Below, one piece after another: positions 29,663 through 39,406 of a DNA stretch of 64,000 nt. Each line of letters opens with the position of its first letter. The stretch's first letter is position 1. Source of the stretch: an uncultured Dehalococcoidales bacterium (GTDB lineage Bacteria; Chloroflexota; Dehalococcoidia; GIF9; AB-539-J10); NCBI GenBank assembly GCA_964435965.1, contig CAYTBB010000001.1:6715-70714 (forward strand), written 5' to 3'. The notes under the pieces were generated by a model. That model was not told where the DNA came from. It saw nothing but the letters and a program-made list of their open reading frames with translations, and ran no database searches. A program made the position numbers and the translations under genes.

Positions 29663-31378
29663 TTACTCCTTTTGTGAGATATTGCCGTGGCTGCTTACTA
29701 TTTCTGTCTTTGGCAGTTCTAAAGTTTCGGATAAACTCCCCCCAAGCGGTACCATAGGATAGACATTTTCCTCTGGCTCAACAACAAAGTCGATAAGAAA
29801 GGCCCCAGGATAATCCATCGCTTTCTGTATAGCTGGAATTACCTCCTCCCTGCGTTTTACTCTTATTCCGGGAATATCGTAGGCTTCGGCAATCTTAACA
29901 AAATCCGGGTTCCAGAGTTTTGTATCAACATAACGACGTTCATAAAATAGCTCCTGCCACTGCCTTACCATCCCCAGATAGCCATTATTAATAATGGCTA
30001 TTTTTACAGCAATATTCTCCTGCGTTATGGTAGCCAATTCTTGAATGGTCATTTGAAAACCGCCATCGCCAGCGATGCACCATACCACCTCCTTGGGGCA
30101 CCCCACTTTAGCTCCCATAGCGGCAGGGAGCTCAAATCCCATAGTGCCTAAGCCGCCTGACGAAATAAGGCTGTTAGGTTTAGTATAAACGAAATGTTGT
30201 GCAGTCCACATTTGATTCTGCCCTATCCCAGTAACTACTATGGCATTTCCTTGGGTAGCTTCATAAATCTGCTGAATAACATATTGAGGTAGAAGCCCCT
30301 CATTTTGCCTGATATCCAGTGATGGATGCTCATACCTCCATTGATCTAACTGAGAGAGCCAATCCAAATGGTCGCTGAAGTCAATTTCCTTATTCATAGC
30401 CTTTAATACATTTTTAACATCACCAACTATGGGCACATCTACCCTCACATTTTTTCCTATCTCTGCGGGGTCAATATCAATATGAACAATATGGGCATGA
30501 GGAGCAAAACCGCTGGTATTTGCCGTAGCCCGGTCATCAAATCTCATGCCAATGGCGATAATAAGGTCAGCATTCTGCACTGCCATGTTGGCATAAGTCA
30601 TACCATGCATCCCCATCATGCCGAGGCTAAGAACATGTTTTTGGGGGAAAGAACCAAGGCCGAGGAGTGTATTAACCACTGGTATTTGTGCCTTCTCAGC
30701 TAATTCCTTGAGCTCATCATAAGCCTGGGAAATAATTATTCCCCTACCGGCAATGATAAGGGGTTTTTCGGCTTTAGCTAATAAGCCTGCTGCCTTTTTA
30801 ATCTGAATGGAATGGCCTCGGGAGATAAACTTGTAGCCTGGCAAATCAACTTTCTCAGGATAAACAAATTCTGCTTCCTCTTGCTGCACATCTTTTGGTA
30901 TATCAATAAGCACGGGGCCTGGCCTCCCCGTCTGAGCGATATAAAAAGCCTCCTTGACTGTCTTTGCCAGTTCTGCAGTATTAGTGACAAGGTAATTATG
31001 TTTAGTGATGGGAAGTGTAATACCAGTAACATCTGTCTCCTGGAAAGCATCCTTACCGATGAACGGCCTAGCTACCTGGCCAGTTATGGCTATTATGGGA
31101 GAGGAATCCATAAAGGCATTGGCAATCCCGGTCACCAAATTAGCAGCTCCCGGGCCTGAAGTAGCTATACATACACCTGCTCTATATGTTGCTCTGGCAT
31201 AGCCATCAGCAGCGTGAGCCGCTCCTTGCTCATGACGAACCAATATATGCCGAAGTTGGGGATATTGAGGGAAGGTATCATATAGTGGTAGCAGAGCACC
31301 ACCAAGAATACCAAAAATAACTTCTACTCCCTCTTTAATTAAGCTTTCACACAAAATCTGAGCGCCAGTCTTCTTCAT
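29663..31378 (-). CDS. ilvB: acetolactate synthase large subunit
   Basis: The protein is 571 aa, ThDP-dependent, with a GDGGFQM-type motif (IAGDGGFQMTIQE). Confidence 0.93.
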   Translation of the reverse strand: MKKTGAQILCESLIKEGVEVIFGILGGALLPLYDTFPQYPQLRHILVRHEQGAAHAADGYARATYRAGVCIATSGPGAANLVTGIANAFMDSSPIIAITGQVARPFIGKDAFQETDVTGITLPITKHNYLVTNTAELAKTVKEAFYIAQTGRPGPVLIDIPKDVQQEEAEFVYPEKVDLPGYKFISRGHSIQIKKAAGLLAKAEKPLIIAGRGIIISQAYDELKELAEKAQIPVVNTLLGLGSFPQKHVLSLGMMGMHGMTYANMAVQNADLIIAIGMRFDDRATANTSGFAPHAHIVHIDIDPAEIGKNVRVDVPIVGDVKNVLKAMNKEIDFSDHLDWLSQLDQWRYEHPSLDIRQNEGLLPQYVIQQIYEATQGNAIVVTGIGQNQMWTAQHFVYTKPNSLISSGGLGTMGFELPAAMGAKVGCPKEVVWCIAGDGGFQMTIQELATITQENIAVKIAIINNGYLGMVRQWQELFYERRYVDTKLWNPDFVKIAEAYDIPGIRVKRREEVIPAIQKAMDYPGAFLIDFVVEPEENVYPMVPLGGSLSETLELPKTEIVSSHGNISQKE

Positions 31379-31389
31379 AATAGCTCCTC

Positions 31390-33060
31390 TTAGTCAGCAA
31401 ACACCGCTCCAGTGCTGGCTGAGGTCACCCTATCAGCATAGCGTTTAAGATAGCCAGCCTTAACCTTTGGTTCAAAGGGAGGCAATAAGTTTAATCGCTG
31501 CTCTATCTCCCCTTGAGATAATTCTACCTCTAATTTGTGGTTAGGTATATCTATTTTGACAATATCGCCGTCTTTCACAGCAGCTATAGGACCTTTCTCT
31601 GCTGCCTCAGGTGAGACATGACCGATAGCAGCGCCCCTTGTTGCTCCAGAGAAGCGACCGTCAGTAATCAAAGCCACCTTACCACCCATATCCATACCAC
31701 TGAGAAGAGAAGTTGGCGTCAGCATTTCACGCATCCCAGGTCCCCCTTTTGGTCCCTCATAGCGGATAATAATTATCTCTCCAGATTTGAATTCCACCTT
31801 CATTATTGCCGTAGTAGCTGCTTCTTCACTATCGAAGACCCGTGCCGGGCCTTGATGGACCAACATCTCGGGAGCTACAGCAGCACTTTTCACCACTGCC
31901 CCTTCAGGCGCTAGATTGCCAAATAATATACTAATACCACCGGTAATGCTATAGGGTTTAGACAGGCTACGAATTACCTCTCTATTCTTAACTTTAGCTT
32001 CCTTTATCGTCTCGCCCACTGGTTTCCCTAACACTGTCTGTGCCTCAAGATTTAGCAATTGGCATATCTCCTGCATCACTGCTGGAATGCCACCAGCTAA
32101 GTCTAAATCTTCAATGTGATAATCGCTTGCCGGGCTTAATTTACATATATGGGGAATACGCTGGCTAATTTCACTTACCAAAGACAAAGGGAAATCAATT
32201 CCTGCCTCATGAGCTATAGCCATAAGGTGCAGCGTAGAATTAGTGCTGCCACCCAAGGCCATATCTACAGCGAAGGCATTGTAGATGGAATCTCTGGTAA
32301 TGATGTCTTTAGGCCGAATATCCTTAGCCAATACATCCATAACTTGCTGCCCAGCTTGATAGGCTAATTGGCTTCGCCGTGCTTGTACCGCTGGTATTGT
32401 CCCGTTACCGGGCAAAGCCATACCCAAAGCCTCGGTAAGGCAATTCATGGTATTAGCGGTAAACATGCCAGCACAGCTACCACAGCCAGGACAGGCAACC
32501 CTCTCTAATTCCGCCAGCTCAGTCTCCGACATATTTCCCCTAATAGTCTCGCCCACCGCTTGGAAAACTGAGCTAAGGTCGACTGACTTCGCTTGATTAC
32601 CCTGATAAAACTTTCCCGCCATCATAGGGCCACCACTCACAAATACACCAGGCAAGTTAAGTCTCACCGCAGCCATCAGCATTCCTGGTATTACCTTGTC
32701 ACAATTGGGGATAAAAACTAAGCCATCAAAAGCATGAGCCTCAGCCACGATTTCACATGAGTCAGCGATAAGTTCTCGGCTAGGTAAGCTATACTTCATT
32801 CCTGGGTGATTCATGGCAATACCATCACAGACAACTATGGTATTAACTTCAAAAGGCACTCCTCCTCGACTGCAGATTCCCTCCTTTACTGCCCGGGCGA
32901 TAGACTGCAAATGAATATGTCCAGGAACAACCTCACTGAAGCTGTTAATTACCCCGATAAAGGGTTTATCCCAGTCGTCTGGGGAGCAACCTACAGCATG
33001 AAGTAATGACCTGTGAGGTGCCCGTTCGATACCTTTCTTGACAACATCACTTCTCATCAA
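31390..33060 (-). CDS. ilvD: dihydroxy-acid dehydratase
   Basis: The protein is 556 aa with IlvD/EDD family motifs ([26 protein letters not shown]). Confidence 0.93.
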   Translation of the reverse strand: MMRSDVVKKGIERAPHRSLLHAVGCSPDDWDKPFIGVINSFSEVVPGHIHLQSIARAVKEGICSRGGVPFEVNTIVVCDGIAMNHPGMKYSLPSRELIADSCEIVAEAHAFDGLVFIPNCDKVIPGMLMAAVRLNLPGVFVSGGPMMAGKFYQGNQAKSVDLSSVFQAVGETIRGNMSETELAELERVACPGCGSCAGMFTANTMNCLTEALGMALPGNGTIPAVQARRSQLAYQAGQQVMDVLAKDIRPKDIITRDSIYNAFAVDMALGGSTNSTLHLMAIAHEAGIDFPLSLVSEISQRIPHICKLSPASDYHIEDLDLAGGIPAVMQEICQLLNLEAQTVLGKPVGETIKEAKVKNREVIRSLSKPYSITGGISILFGNLAPEGAVVKSAAVAPEMLVHQGPARVFDSEEAATTAIMKVEFKSGEIIIIRYEGPKGGPGMREMLTPTSLLSGMDMGGKVALITDGRFSGATRGAAIGHVSPEAAEKGPIAAVKDGDIVKIDIPNHKLEVELSQGEIEQRLNLLPPFEPKVKAGYLKRYADRVTSASTGAVFAD

Positions 33061-33109
33061 CTCCTCCTTTAACTTAAAAAATGGAAACTACCACAAATAG
33101 TTAGCAGGG

Positions 33110-33550
33110 TCAAGCTGTTTCCAAAGCCTTTATTTTCCTTAATCTCAGGATATGCCTGCCACCTTCAAAATTGCTGGATAGATAGGTTCTAACAATTTCC
33201 AAAGCTAAATCAACATCTATATTCTCACCCCCAAGGCACAGGATATTGGCATCATTGTGTTGACGAGCTCGTTGTGCCGTAAAGGTGTCATGGCATAAAG
33301 CTGCTCTTATGCCCTTTATTTTGTTAGCTGCCATGCTCATGCCTATGCCAGTGCTGCATATTAAAATGCCTTGGGCAAAGTCACCTGAGGCTACTGCTTC
33401 TGCTACATCTTGAGCAATATCAGGATAGTCTACCGACTCAATGTTATAGCAGCCAAAATCATGATAGTCATGATTTAGTTTTGGCAGAAATTCCATAATC
33501 GCCTGTTTTATTCTGAAGCCGCGGTGGTCACAACCTAGAGCAATACGCAT
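33110..33550 (-). CDS. rpiB: ribose-5-phosphate isomerase B
   Basis: The 146-aa protein starts MRIALGCDHRGFRIK...ICSTGIGMSMAANK. Confidence 0.9.
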   Translation of the reverse strand: MRIALGCDHRGFRIKQAIMEFLPKLNHDYHDFGCYNIESVDYPDIAQDVAEAVASGDFAQGILICSTGIGMSMAANKIKGIRAALCHDTFTAQRARQHNDANILCLGGENIDVDLALEIVRTYLSSNFEGGRHILRLRKIKALETA

Positions 33551-34172
33551 GACCTTTTACCTCACAATATTCTTTATAGGCTTTATCAATTTCATGTGTG
33601 GATATAATACCTTGACGCAAAATCGTAGGCATTTCGCCTGTGACATCCACTATGGTTGATTCACTGCCACCAGGGCACTTGCCACCATCAATGATAAGGT
33701 CAACTTTATCTCCCAACCGTTGCTCAACCTCATCAGCAATCAAAATGCTTGGCTTGCCACTGATATTGGCGCTAGTCCCAATTATTGGGCTTCCCAAGCT
33801 TTGGATAAGAGCTAGAGGGATGGGATGGTTAGGGACACGCACTGCTATGGTAGATTGGGTAGTGAGATAGGTAGGCAATGAAGCTGCTTTAGGCAGAAGC
33901 AAAGTTAAGCCTCCGGGCCAAAAGTACCTTGCTAGGAACCAAGCAAGCTCAGGTATCTGCTCAGCTACGGTGCTTACTTGAGATATATCAGCAAGGAGCA
34001 AAGGAAAGGACGAATGCCTGGGGCGTTTTTTTACTGCGTAAATTCTCTCGACAGCCTTACGGTTGAAGGCATCAGCTCCTAACCCGTAAACTGTATCAGT
34101 AGGAAAAGCAATTATCCCACCCTTTTTAAGTATTTGAACTGCTTTCCTCACCTGTTCTTGCAAAGCATTCAT
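33528..34172 (-). CDS. tsaC: L-threonylcarbamoyladenylate synthase (TsaC/YrdC/Sua5 family)
   Basis: The sequence IIAFPTDTVYGLGADAF matches the family. The ATG at 34170-34172 (minus strand) is preferred over the ORF-track TTG at 34187. Confidence 0.85.
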   Translation of the reverse strand: MNALQEQVRKAVQILKKGGIIAFPTDTVYGLGADAFNRKAVERIYAVKKRPRHSSFPLLLADISQVSTVAEQIPELAWFLARYFWPGGLTLLLPKAASLPTYLTTQSTIAVRVPNHPIPLALIQSLGSPIIGTSANISGKPSILIADEVEQRLGDKVDLIIDGGKCPGGSESTIVDVTGEMPTILRQGIISTHEIDKAYKEYCEVKGHAYCSRL

Positions 34173-34189
34173 GAGAGTATTTGCCAACC

Positions 34190-34340
34190 TTACTTGTAGG
34201 CCCTGAGCCTTTCGCTTCCTGTCATTCTGAATTCTTCACTCCTTGTCATTCTGAGGGAGGGAAGCGACCGAAGAATCTCATTGCGCTCAGGACAGGCTCA
34301 GCGAAAAATCTAGAGCCCCTTCACTTCATTCAGGGTGACA
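34190..34340. repeat. family-1 dispersed repeat, long form (copy A) with two TGTCATTCTGA heads and a CAGGGTGACA terminal inverted repeat
   Basis: The copy reads ...CTTGTAGGCCCTGAGCC...TGTCATTCTGAATTCTTCACTCCTTGTCATTCTGAGGGAGGGAAGCGACCGAAGAATCTCATTGCGCTCAGGACAGGCTCAGCGAAAAATCTAGAGCCCCTTCACTTCATTCAGGGTGACA. It is homologous to copies B, C, D and E. Confidence 0.65.
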
Positions 34341-34419
34341 ACGAATACCAGCATTCATCGCCTTGACGCTAGTATAACACAGTGATAATCTAGCATAACA
34401 TTATCAGTGTAACTCTGAA

Positions 34420-36090
34420 ATGGAAAACGAACTGCAAAGCCACCGGGTCTCCGCTAGCGATGACATTGAAGTCTCTACTTACTTGAAGATCGCTAAAGAG
34501 TTGCGTGGTGAGCAACCAACATTTGAGTTTAAGGCGCTGCCGCCGGGCGAAAAAGAAACCATAGTAGTGATTGATTTTGGCTCTCAATACAGTATGCTCA
34601 TTGTCAGGCGAGTGCGAGAATGCCATGTCTACTGCGAGCTTGTGCCCTATGATACCCCCTGGAAGAAAATAGCTATCCTTAACCCAAAAGGTTTTATCCT
34701 TTCCGGGGGCCCTGGTAGTGTCTATGTTCCTGGGGCTCCTCTAGCTCCGACCTATATTTACGAGAGCCATCTTCCAGTAATGGGCATTTGCTATGGCACG
34801 CAGGCTATTGCCTATCAACTAGGTGGCCAAGTATCTCCAGGTGAAAAGCATGAATATGGTCATACTATCCTACATGTAAGTGCTGAGGACTGCCCTCTTT
34901 TTGCTGGCCTCCCTACATCCCTCCCTGTGTGGATGAGCCATGGTGACCAAATATTAGAGACGCCTCCCGGCTTTAAGGCCGTGGCTTATACCGAAAATTC
35001 CCCTATCGCTGTTATGGGCAATGATGAGGGTATTTTTGGGCTCCAGTTTCATCCTGAAGTGGCTCATACTCCACAAGGAAAAAACATATTCCAGAACTTT
35101 CTATATCGTGTATGCGGCTGTCAAGGCAATTGGACCGCTACTAGATTCATAGCTGAGAGCATAGACAAGATTAAGGAACAAGTGGGCGCTGGTAGGGCTA
35201 TCTGCGCCCTTTCCGGTGGTGTTGATTCGGCAGTAACCGCTACTCTTATTCACCGCGCTATTGGTGATAATCTGACTTGTTTATTTATCAATACTGGGCT
35301 GCTACGTCGTGAGGAGCCAGAGAGAGTGCTTAATACTTTCCAGCGCAATCTCAAAATGGATATAGTTCATGTAGATGCCAGCGAAAGATTTCTGGAGCGA
35401 CTTCGCGAGGTAATTGATCCAGAGATGAAGCGACACCTGATAGGGGAGGTATTCATCCGGGTTTTTGAGGAAGAAGCAGCTAAACTGGGCAGGTTTGATT
35501 TTTTGGCTCAAGGGACTCTTTACCCCGACGTGATCGAAAGCAGCACTGCTATTGAAACTAAGGCCTCAACCAAAATAAAAAGTCATCACAACGTTGGTGG
35601 CTTGCCAGCTAAAATGAAGTTTAACCTTATTGAGCCATTGAGGTATCTGTTTAAGGATGAAGTTCGGGAGATAGGGCTAGCTTTGGGTCTACCTGAAGAC
35701 ATGGTTTGGCGGCAACCATTCCCGGGACCGGGACTAGCTATCCGCATCATTGGCGAAGTGACCAAAGAACGGTTGGAGATACTTCGTGCCGCTGATTGGA
35801 TTGTGATGAACGAGATCAAAAAGGCTAAACTTTATCGTCAGCTATGGCAGAGTTTTGCTGTGCTTACTGGTGTCAAAAGCGTGGGCGTGATGGGCGATCA
35901 TAGAACCTACGGCTATCTAATAGCAGTTAGGGCAATAAATAGTGAGGATGCCATGACTGCTGATTGGGCGAGGTTGCCTTATGACCTCCTGGCTAGAATA
36001 TCAGACCGCATAGTTAATGAAGTCCCCGATGTCAATAGAGTAGTTTATGATGTTACCAGCAAGCCGCCGGCAACCATAGAATGGGAGTAA
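34420..36090 (+). CDS. guaA: GMP synthase (glutamine-hydrolysing); the N-terminal ~45 residues are non-standard, so the true start is possibly downstream
   Basis: The protein is 556 aa with a GATase domain ([10 protein letters not shown]...CYGTQ...) and an ATP-PPase domain (SGGVDSAV). Confidence 0.9.
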   Translation: MENELQSHRVSASDDIEVSTYLKIAKELRGEQPTFEFKALPPGEKETIVVIDFGSQYSMLIVRRVRECHVYCELVPYDTPWKKIAILNPKGFILSGGPGSVYVPGAPLAPTYIYESHLPVMGICYGTQAIAYQLGGQVSPGEKHEYGHTILHVSAEDCPLFAGLPTSLPVWMSHGDQILETPPGFKAVAYTENSPIAVMGNDEGIFGLQFHPEVAHTPQGKNIFQNFLYRVCGCQGNWTATRFIAESIDKIKEQVGAGRAICALSGGVDSAVTATLIHRAIGDNLTCLFINTGLLRREEPERVLNTFQRNLKMDIVHVDASERFLERLREVIDPEMKRHLIGEVFIRVFEEEAAKLGRFDFLAQGTLYPDVIESSTAIETKASTKIKSHHNVGGLPAKMKFNLIEPLRYLFKDEVREIGLALGLPEDMVWRQPFPGPGLAIRIIGEVTKERLEILRAADWIVMNEIKKAKLYRQLWQSFAVLTGVKSVGVMGDHRTYGYLIAVRAINSEDAMTADWARLPYDLLARISDRIVNEVPDVNRVVYDVTSKPPATIEWE

Positions 36091-36093
36091 CTG

Positions 36094-36168
36094 TTCACTT
36101 TAGTGTCATTCTGAGAGAGCGTGGCGACCGAAGAATCTTAGAGACACTTCGCTTCGCTCAGGGTGACA
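36094..36168. repeat. family-1 repeat, short form (copy B)
   Basis: The copy reads TTCACTTTAGTGTCATTCTGAGAGAGCGTGGCGACCGAAGAATCTTAGAGACACTTCGCTTCGCTCAGGGTGACA. Its TIRs are TGTCATTCTGAG and CTCAGGGTGACA. Confidence 0.65.
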
Positions 36169-36212
36169 CAGAGTGGCTGAACGCTTACGAGTGGGAATAA
36201 AATAAGATTAAA

Positions 36213-36488
36213 ATGGAGGAGAAAAAGATGAATTGCCCCTTTGGAGAGAGAGAAGAAGAGCAACTGACTTTAGAAGAGGATTTGGAGATGCTCCGCGAGG
36301 ATTTGGTAGGCGAACTGCAAGCTATAAACCAATATCAAGAGCACATAGAGAGCCTGGAAAGTGAAGAGGCTGTGACTACATTGGAACACATCATTGAAGA
36401 TGAGAAGGAACATGTTGCCGAGTTGGTTAAACTAATTCAAAATCTTGACCCTGTTCAGGCTGAGAAATTTAAGAAGGAGATTTTGTAG
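36213..36488 (+). CDS. small acidic ferritin-like protein (EncFtn-like di-iron motif E..Y...ExxH)
   Basis: The 91-aa protein contains GELQAINQYQEH...LEHIIEDEKEHVAEL. E34, Y41, E64 and H67 reproduce the E32/Y39/E62/H65 spacing of encapsulated ferritins. An AGGAG SD precedes the ATG. Confidence 0.55.
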   Translation: MEEKKMNCPFGEREEEQLTLEEDLEMLREDLVGELQAINQYQEHIESLESEEAVTTLEHIIEDEKEHVAELVKLIQNLDPVQAEKFKKEIL

Positions 36489-36494
36489 AGTGCG

Positions 36495-36563
36495 ATGGCG
36501 AATAGACCTAAATTAAAGGGAGTGAAAAAGAATAGAGGCAAGCACAAGAAAAAGAAGCGATAG
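36495..36563 (+). CDS. possible 22-codon highly basic micro-ORF (MANRPKLKGVKKNRGKHKKKKR)
   Basis: The ATG lies 6 nt after the stop of the ferritin-like gene. Of 22 residues, 13 are K/R. It is not on the ORF track and may be non-coding. Confidence 0.12.
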   Translation: MANRPKLKGVKKNRGKHKKKKR

Positions 36564-36697
36564 CTATTCTCTGAAGCTACAAACAAGATTCTTGGGCTTG
36601 AACATCCAATAACTAAAAACCTAAAGCCAACAGAATATGTATTACTATAACCTCCAAGCCTCCGTCCACTATAGAGTGGGAGTGAAATACTTAAAAA

Positions 36698-37495
36698 ATG
36701 GAAGACATAGATAAACTTAATGAGCTTTTACACTTCATGAAAGGTGCTGAACCATTCTCTGTGACTTTTACTGAATTGACTAAGTCTAGCGAGCAATGGT
36801 GTCCTTTTCAGCATGGTGATGGTTTCAACTTAGACTGCTACAAAACCCATTCTCAGGTTCAGGCTATAATTAACTGGACTGAGAAGTACTTGATTTGCTG
36901 TAAATACTTAGATATTAATAAGTATAGCCTTGATTCCATGACTGATACTCTTGAAAAATTAAGAATACCCGAAGAAATTCGTGAGCATGCTGATTTTCAG
37001 CTGTTTATCGATGACCTGAAGCTACTAATTAAGTTTGTAGAGCCAGACATCTGTGACAAACTTTCCCGTCTTGAATGTACAGAGTGTGAAAGGTTAGATG
37101 AAGCGCTAGTATGTTTTCAGAATTATTGTTTCTATTCTGCCGTTGTCATGTCAGTTTCGGCTGTGGAATATCGTATCGCTGAAATGATTAGAAGGTCGGA
37201 TTCTGAGCTTTACTTGAAACACTTTCAAAAGGTAACTTTGGGACAACTTATAAAGGTTTTTCAAGACGATGAGTATAAAGATGAGGAATTTAAAAAAATA
37301 AGGAAATTAATGCCCATTAAGCATAAACCACTGGTTTCATTACTAAATAATTACCGTGTATTCGCAGCACATCCGACAGAGCAAAAAATCACTCCCCAAA
37401 TTGCAGAAGCTATTATTCACCTTGCGTTCTCTTTTCTAACAGATGCCCAAACCTGTCCGTACAGTCCGGAGGAGAGGATTTGCCGTAAGGCGTAG
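36698..37495 (+). CDS. hypothetical Cys-rich helical protein with C-terminal Rx4H (HEPN-like) motif; low-GC
   Basis: The 265-aa protein has AT-rich codon usage (~38 % GC versus ~47 % in neighbours). It contains YRVFAAHPTE near the C-terminus and multiple Cys pairs (CPFQHGDGFNLDC, ICCKY, CDKLSRLECTEC, CFQNYC). Confidence 0.55.
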   Translation: MEDIDKLNELLHFMKGAEPFSVTFTELTKSSEQWCPFQHGDGFNLDCYKTHSQVQAIINWTEKYLICCKYLDINKYSLDSMTDTLEKLRIPEEIREHADFQLFIDDLKLLIKFVEPDICDKLSRLECTECERLDEALVCFQNYCFYSAVVMSVSAVEYRIAEMIRRSDSELYLKHFQKVTLGQLIKVFQDDEYKDEEFKKIRKLMPIKHKPLVSLLNNYRVFAAHPTEQKITPQIAEAIIHLAFSFLTDAQTCPYSPEERICRKA

Positions 37496-37594
37496 TCATT
37501 AGTAAATAGCTAATTTTGAACCTGTTTTAGGATTTAAACTTAAATGTTTTGATATAAGTTCGAAGGTAGCCTGAAGGGGCAAAGCTCCTTCAAA

Positions 37595-37632
37595 CCCGAT
37601 CCCTCCCCCTCTCCTTTGAAGGAAAGGGGGAC
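37595..37632 (+). promoter_or_regulatory. strong hairpin CCCCCTCTCCTT-tg-AAGGAAAGGGGG upstream of purD (family-2-like)
   Basis: The stem is 12 bp with one mismatch. It lies ~100 nt after the preceding stop and ~45 nt before the purD start. No U-tract follows it. Confidence 0.3.
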
Positions 37633-37677
37633 ACAGGAGGTGAGGTTGGTTGAGATTATAGTACTGCGAGGTGTAAT

Positions 37678-38946
37678 CTGAAAATACTGGTTATTGGTGG
37701 CGGGGGAAGGGAGCACACATTAGCCTGGAAAATTGCCCAAAGCGTCAGGGTGGAGAAGACTTATGTCGCTCCAGGAAATGCTGGCACAGCACTTATAGCT
37801 GAAAATTTAAATATTCACCCTACAGATATAGAATCCCTGGGCAAGGTAGCTAAAGATAAAGGCATTGACCTTGCCGTCGTTGGTCCTGAAGTCTCATTGG
37901 CTTTAGGTATAGTAGACTATTTTGATAGCTTGAATATCCCCGTTTTTGGCCCCACCAAAGCAGCCGCTCAGATTGAATCAAGCAAAGTTTTCGCTAGAAA
38001 CTTGATGGAGAAATATGGCATTCCCTGTCCCAAAGGAAAGGTTTTCTCCTCCTATTCTGAGGCTCATGAATATCTTAAGCGACAACAATCGCCCATCGTC
38101 ATCAAGGCAAATGGATTAGCTGCTGGTAAAGGCACAATTATAGCCAGCTCCTTGTCAGAAGCTAACAAGGCGCTTAGCGACATTATGGAGGCGAAAATCT
38201 TTGGCTCAGCAGGAGATAAAGTGATAATTGATGAGTATCTTACCGGCAAAGAGGTAAGCCTGATAGCTTTCACTGATGGTAAAACGATTTCACCCATGGT
38301 TCCTGCCTGTGACTATAAGAAAATCCGGGATAACGATCAAGGACCTAATACTGGTGGTATGGGAAGCTATAGCCCGCCGGGATTTTTTCCTGCTGAACTA
38401 GTAGAGAAGGCTACTAATACTATTTTATTGCCGGCAGTAAAAGCGATGGCTAGCGAGGGAGCAATCTACAAAGGGGTAATCTACGCCGGGTTAATGGTCA
38501 CCAACAAGGAGGAATTATCGGTGTTCGAATTTAATGCTCGCTTTGGCGACCCAGAAACTCAAGCTGTTTTACCTCTTCTCCGAAGTGACCTGGTGGATAT
38601 ACTCTTGGCTGTGACTCAAGATAATCTTGACCAAGCAAAAATAGAGTGGAGTGGTGATGCCTGTGTGGGAGTGGTTATGGCTTCCGCTGGCTATCCTGGA
38701 AAGTATGAAACAGGCTTCCCGATAAAAGGTTTGGACAAGGTGGATAAAGATTTGTTGATTTTTCATGCTGGAACTAAATTGGGCGCTGATGGGACAGTAT
38801 ATACCAACGGTGGGCGGGTGCTTACTGCAGTAGGCACTGGTGAAAACATGGCTGAAGCTCGGAAGAAAGTTTATCGCAACTTAGCTAATATTTATTTTGA
38901 GGGCTGTCATTATCGCAAAGATATTGCTCTCAGGGAGATAATTTAA
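37678..38946 (+). CDS. purD: phosphoribosylamine--glycine ligase; probable non-canonical CTG start
   Basis: The in-frame sequence upstream of the ORF-track ATG (37750) reads L-KILVIGGGGREHTLAWKIAQS, which is the conserved PurD N-terminus. There is no ATG/GTG/TTG between the upstream stop (37651-37653) and this motif. GAGGTG lies 4 nt before the CTG at 37678. Confidence 0.85.
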   Translation: MKILVIGGGGREHTLAWKIAQSVRVEKTYVAPGNAGTALIAENLNIHPTDIESLGKVAKDKGIDLAVVGPEVSLALGIVDYFDSLNIPVFGPTKAAAQIESSKVFARNLMEKYGIPCPKGKVFSSYSEAHEYLKRQQSPIVIKANGLAAGKGTIIASSLSEANKALSDIMEAKIFGSAGDKVIIDEYLTGKEVSLIAFTDGKTISPMVPACDYKKIRDNDQGPNTGGMGSYSPPGFFPAELVEKATNTILLPAVKAMASEGAIYKGVIYAGLMVTNKEELSVFEFNARFGDPETQAVLPLLRSDLVDILLAVTQDNLDQAKIEWSGDACVGVVMASAGYPGKYETGFPIKGLDKVDKDLLIFHAGTKLGADGTVYTNGGRVLTAVGTGENMAEARKKVYRNLANIYFEGCHYRKDIALREII

Positions 38947-39405
38947 ATGGCAAAAGTAGGCATCGTCATGGGCAGCAAGACGGACAGGGACATAGTCAAG
39001 CCAGCAATAGACATGCTAGAGCGGTTAGGCATTGATTATGAGGTTTCCATCATCTCAGCTCATAGAAGCCCAGAGAAACTAAGGGAATATGGCTCGAAGG
39101 CGGAGGAGCAAGGTTTTGAGGTTATCATTGCTGCTGCCGGCGGGGCTGCCCATCTCCCCGGTATTCTGGCTAGCTGGACAACGGTGCCCGTAATTGGCAT
39201 TCCTTTGCCTACTAGCGAACTGAAGGGGGTAGATGCTTTGCTCTCTATAGCTCAGATGCCTGCTGGAGTTCCGGTAGCCTGTGTCGGCATTGGGACAAGT
39301 GGAGCAAAAAACGCTGTCTTGCTCGCCGCTCAGATTCTGGGAATCAAGCACGAAGAAGTAAAAGAGGCCTATCGTAAGTATAAAGTGGAGCTAGCGGAGA
39401 AATAA
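38947..39405 (+). CDS. purE: N5-carboxyaminoimidazole ribonucleotide mutase
   Basis: The 152-aa protein reads VGIVMGSKTDRDIV...SAHRSPEKL...AAGGAAHLPG. Confidence 0.93.
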   Translation: MAKVGIVMGSKTDRDIVKPAIDMLERLGIDYEVSIISAHRSPEKLREYGSKAEEQGFEVIIAAAGGAAHLPGILASWTTVPVIGIPLPTSELKGVDALLSIAQMPAGVPVACVGIGTSGAKNAVLLAAQILGIKHEEVKEAYRKYKVELAEK

Positions 39406-39406
39406 T

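Noticed and set aside
36698-37495. 265-aa ORF immediately downstream of the EncFtn-like gene, considered as a family-1 encapsulin shell protein because of its size and position
   Set aside because: The sequence is Cys-rich and looks predominantly alpha-helical, with no resemblance to HK97-fold encapsulins. It is better explained as a HEPN-like/unknown protein
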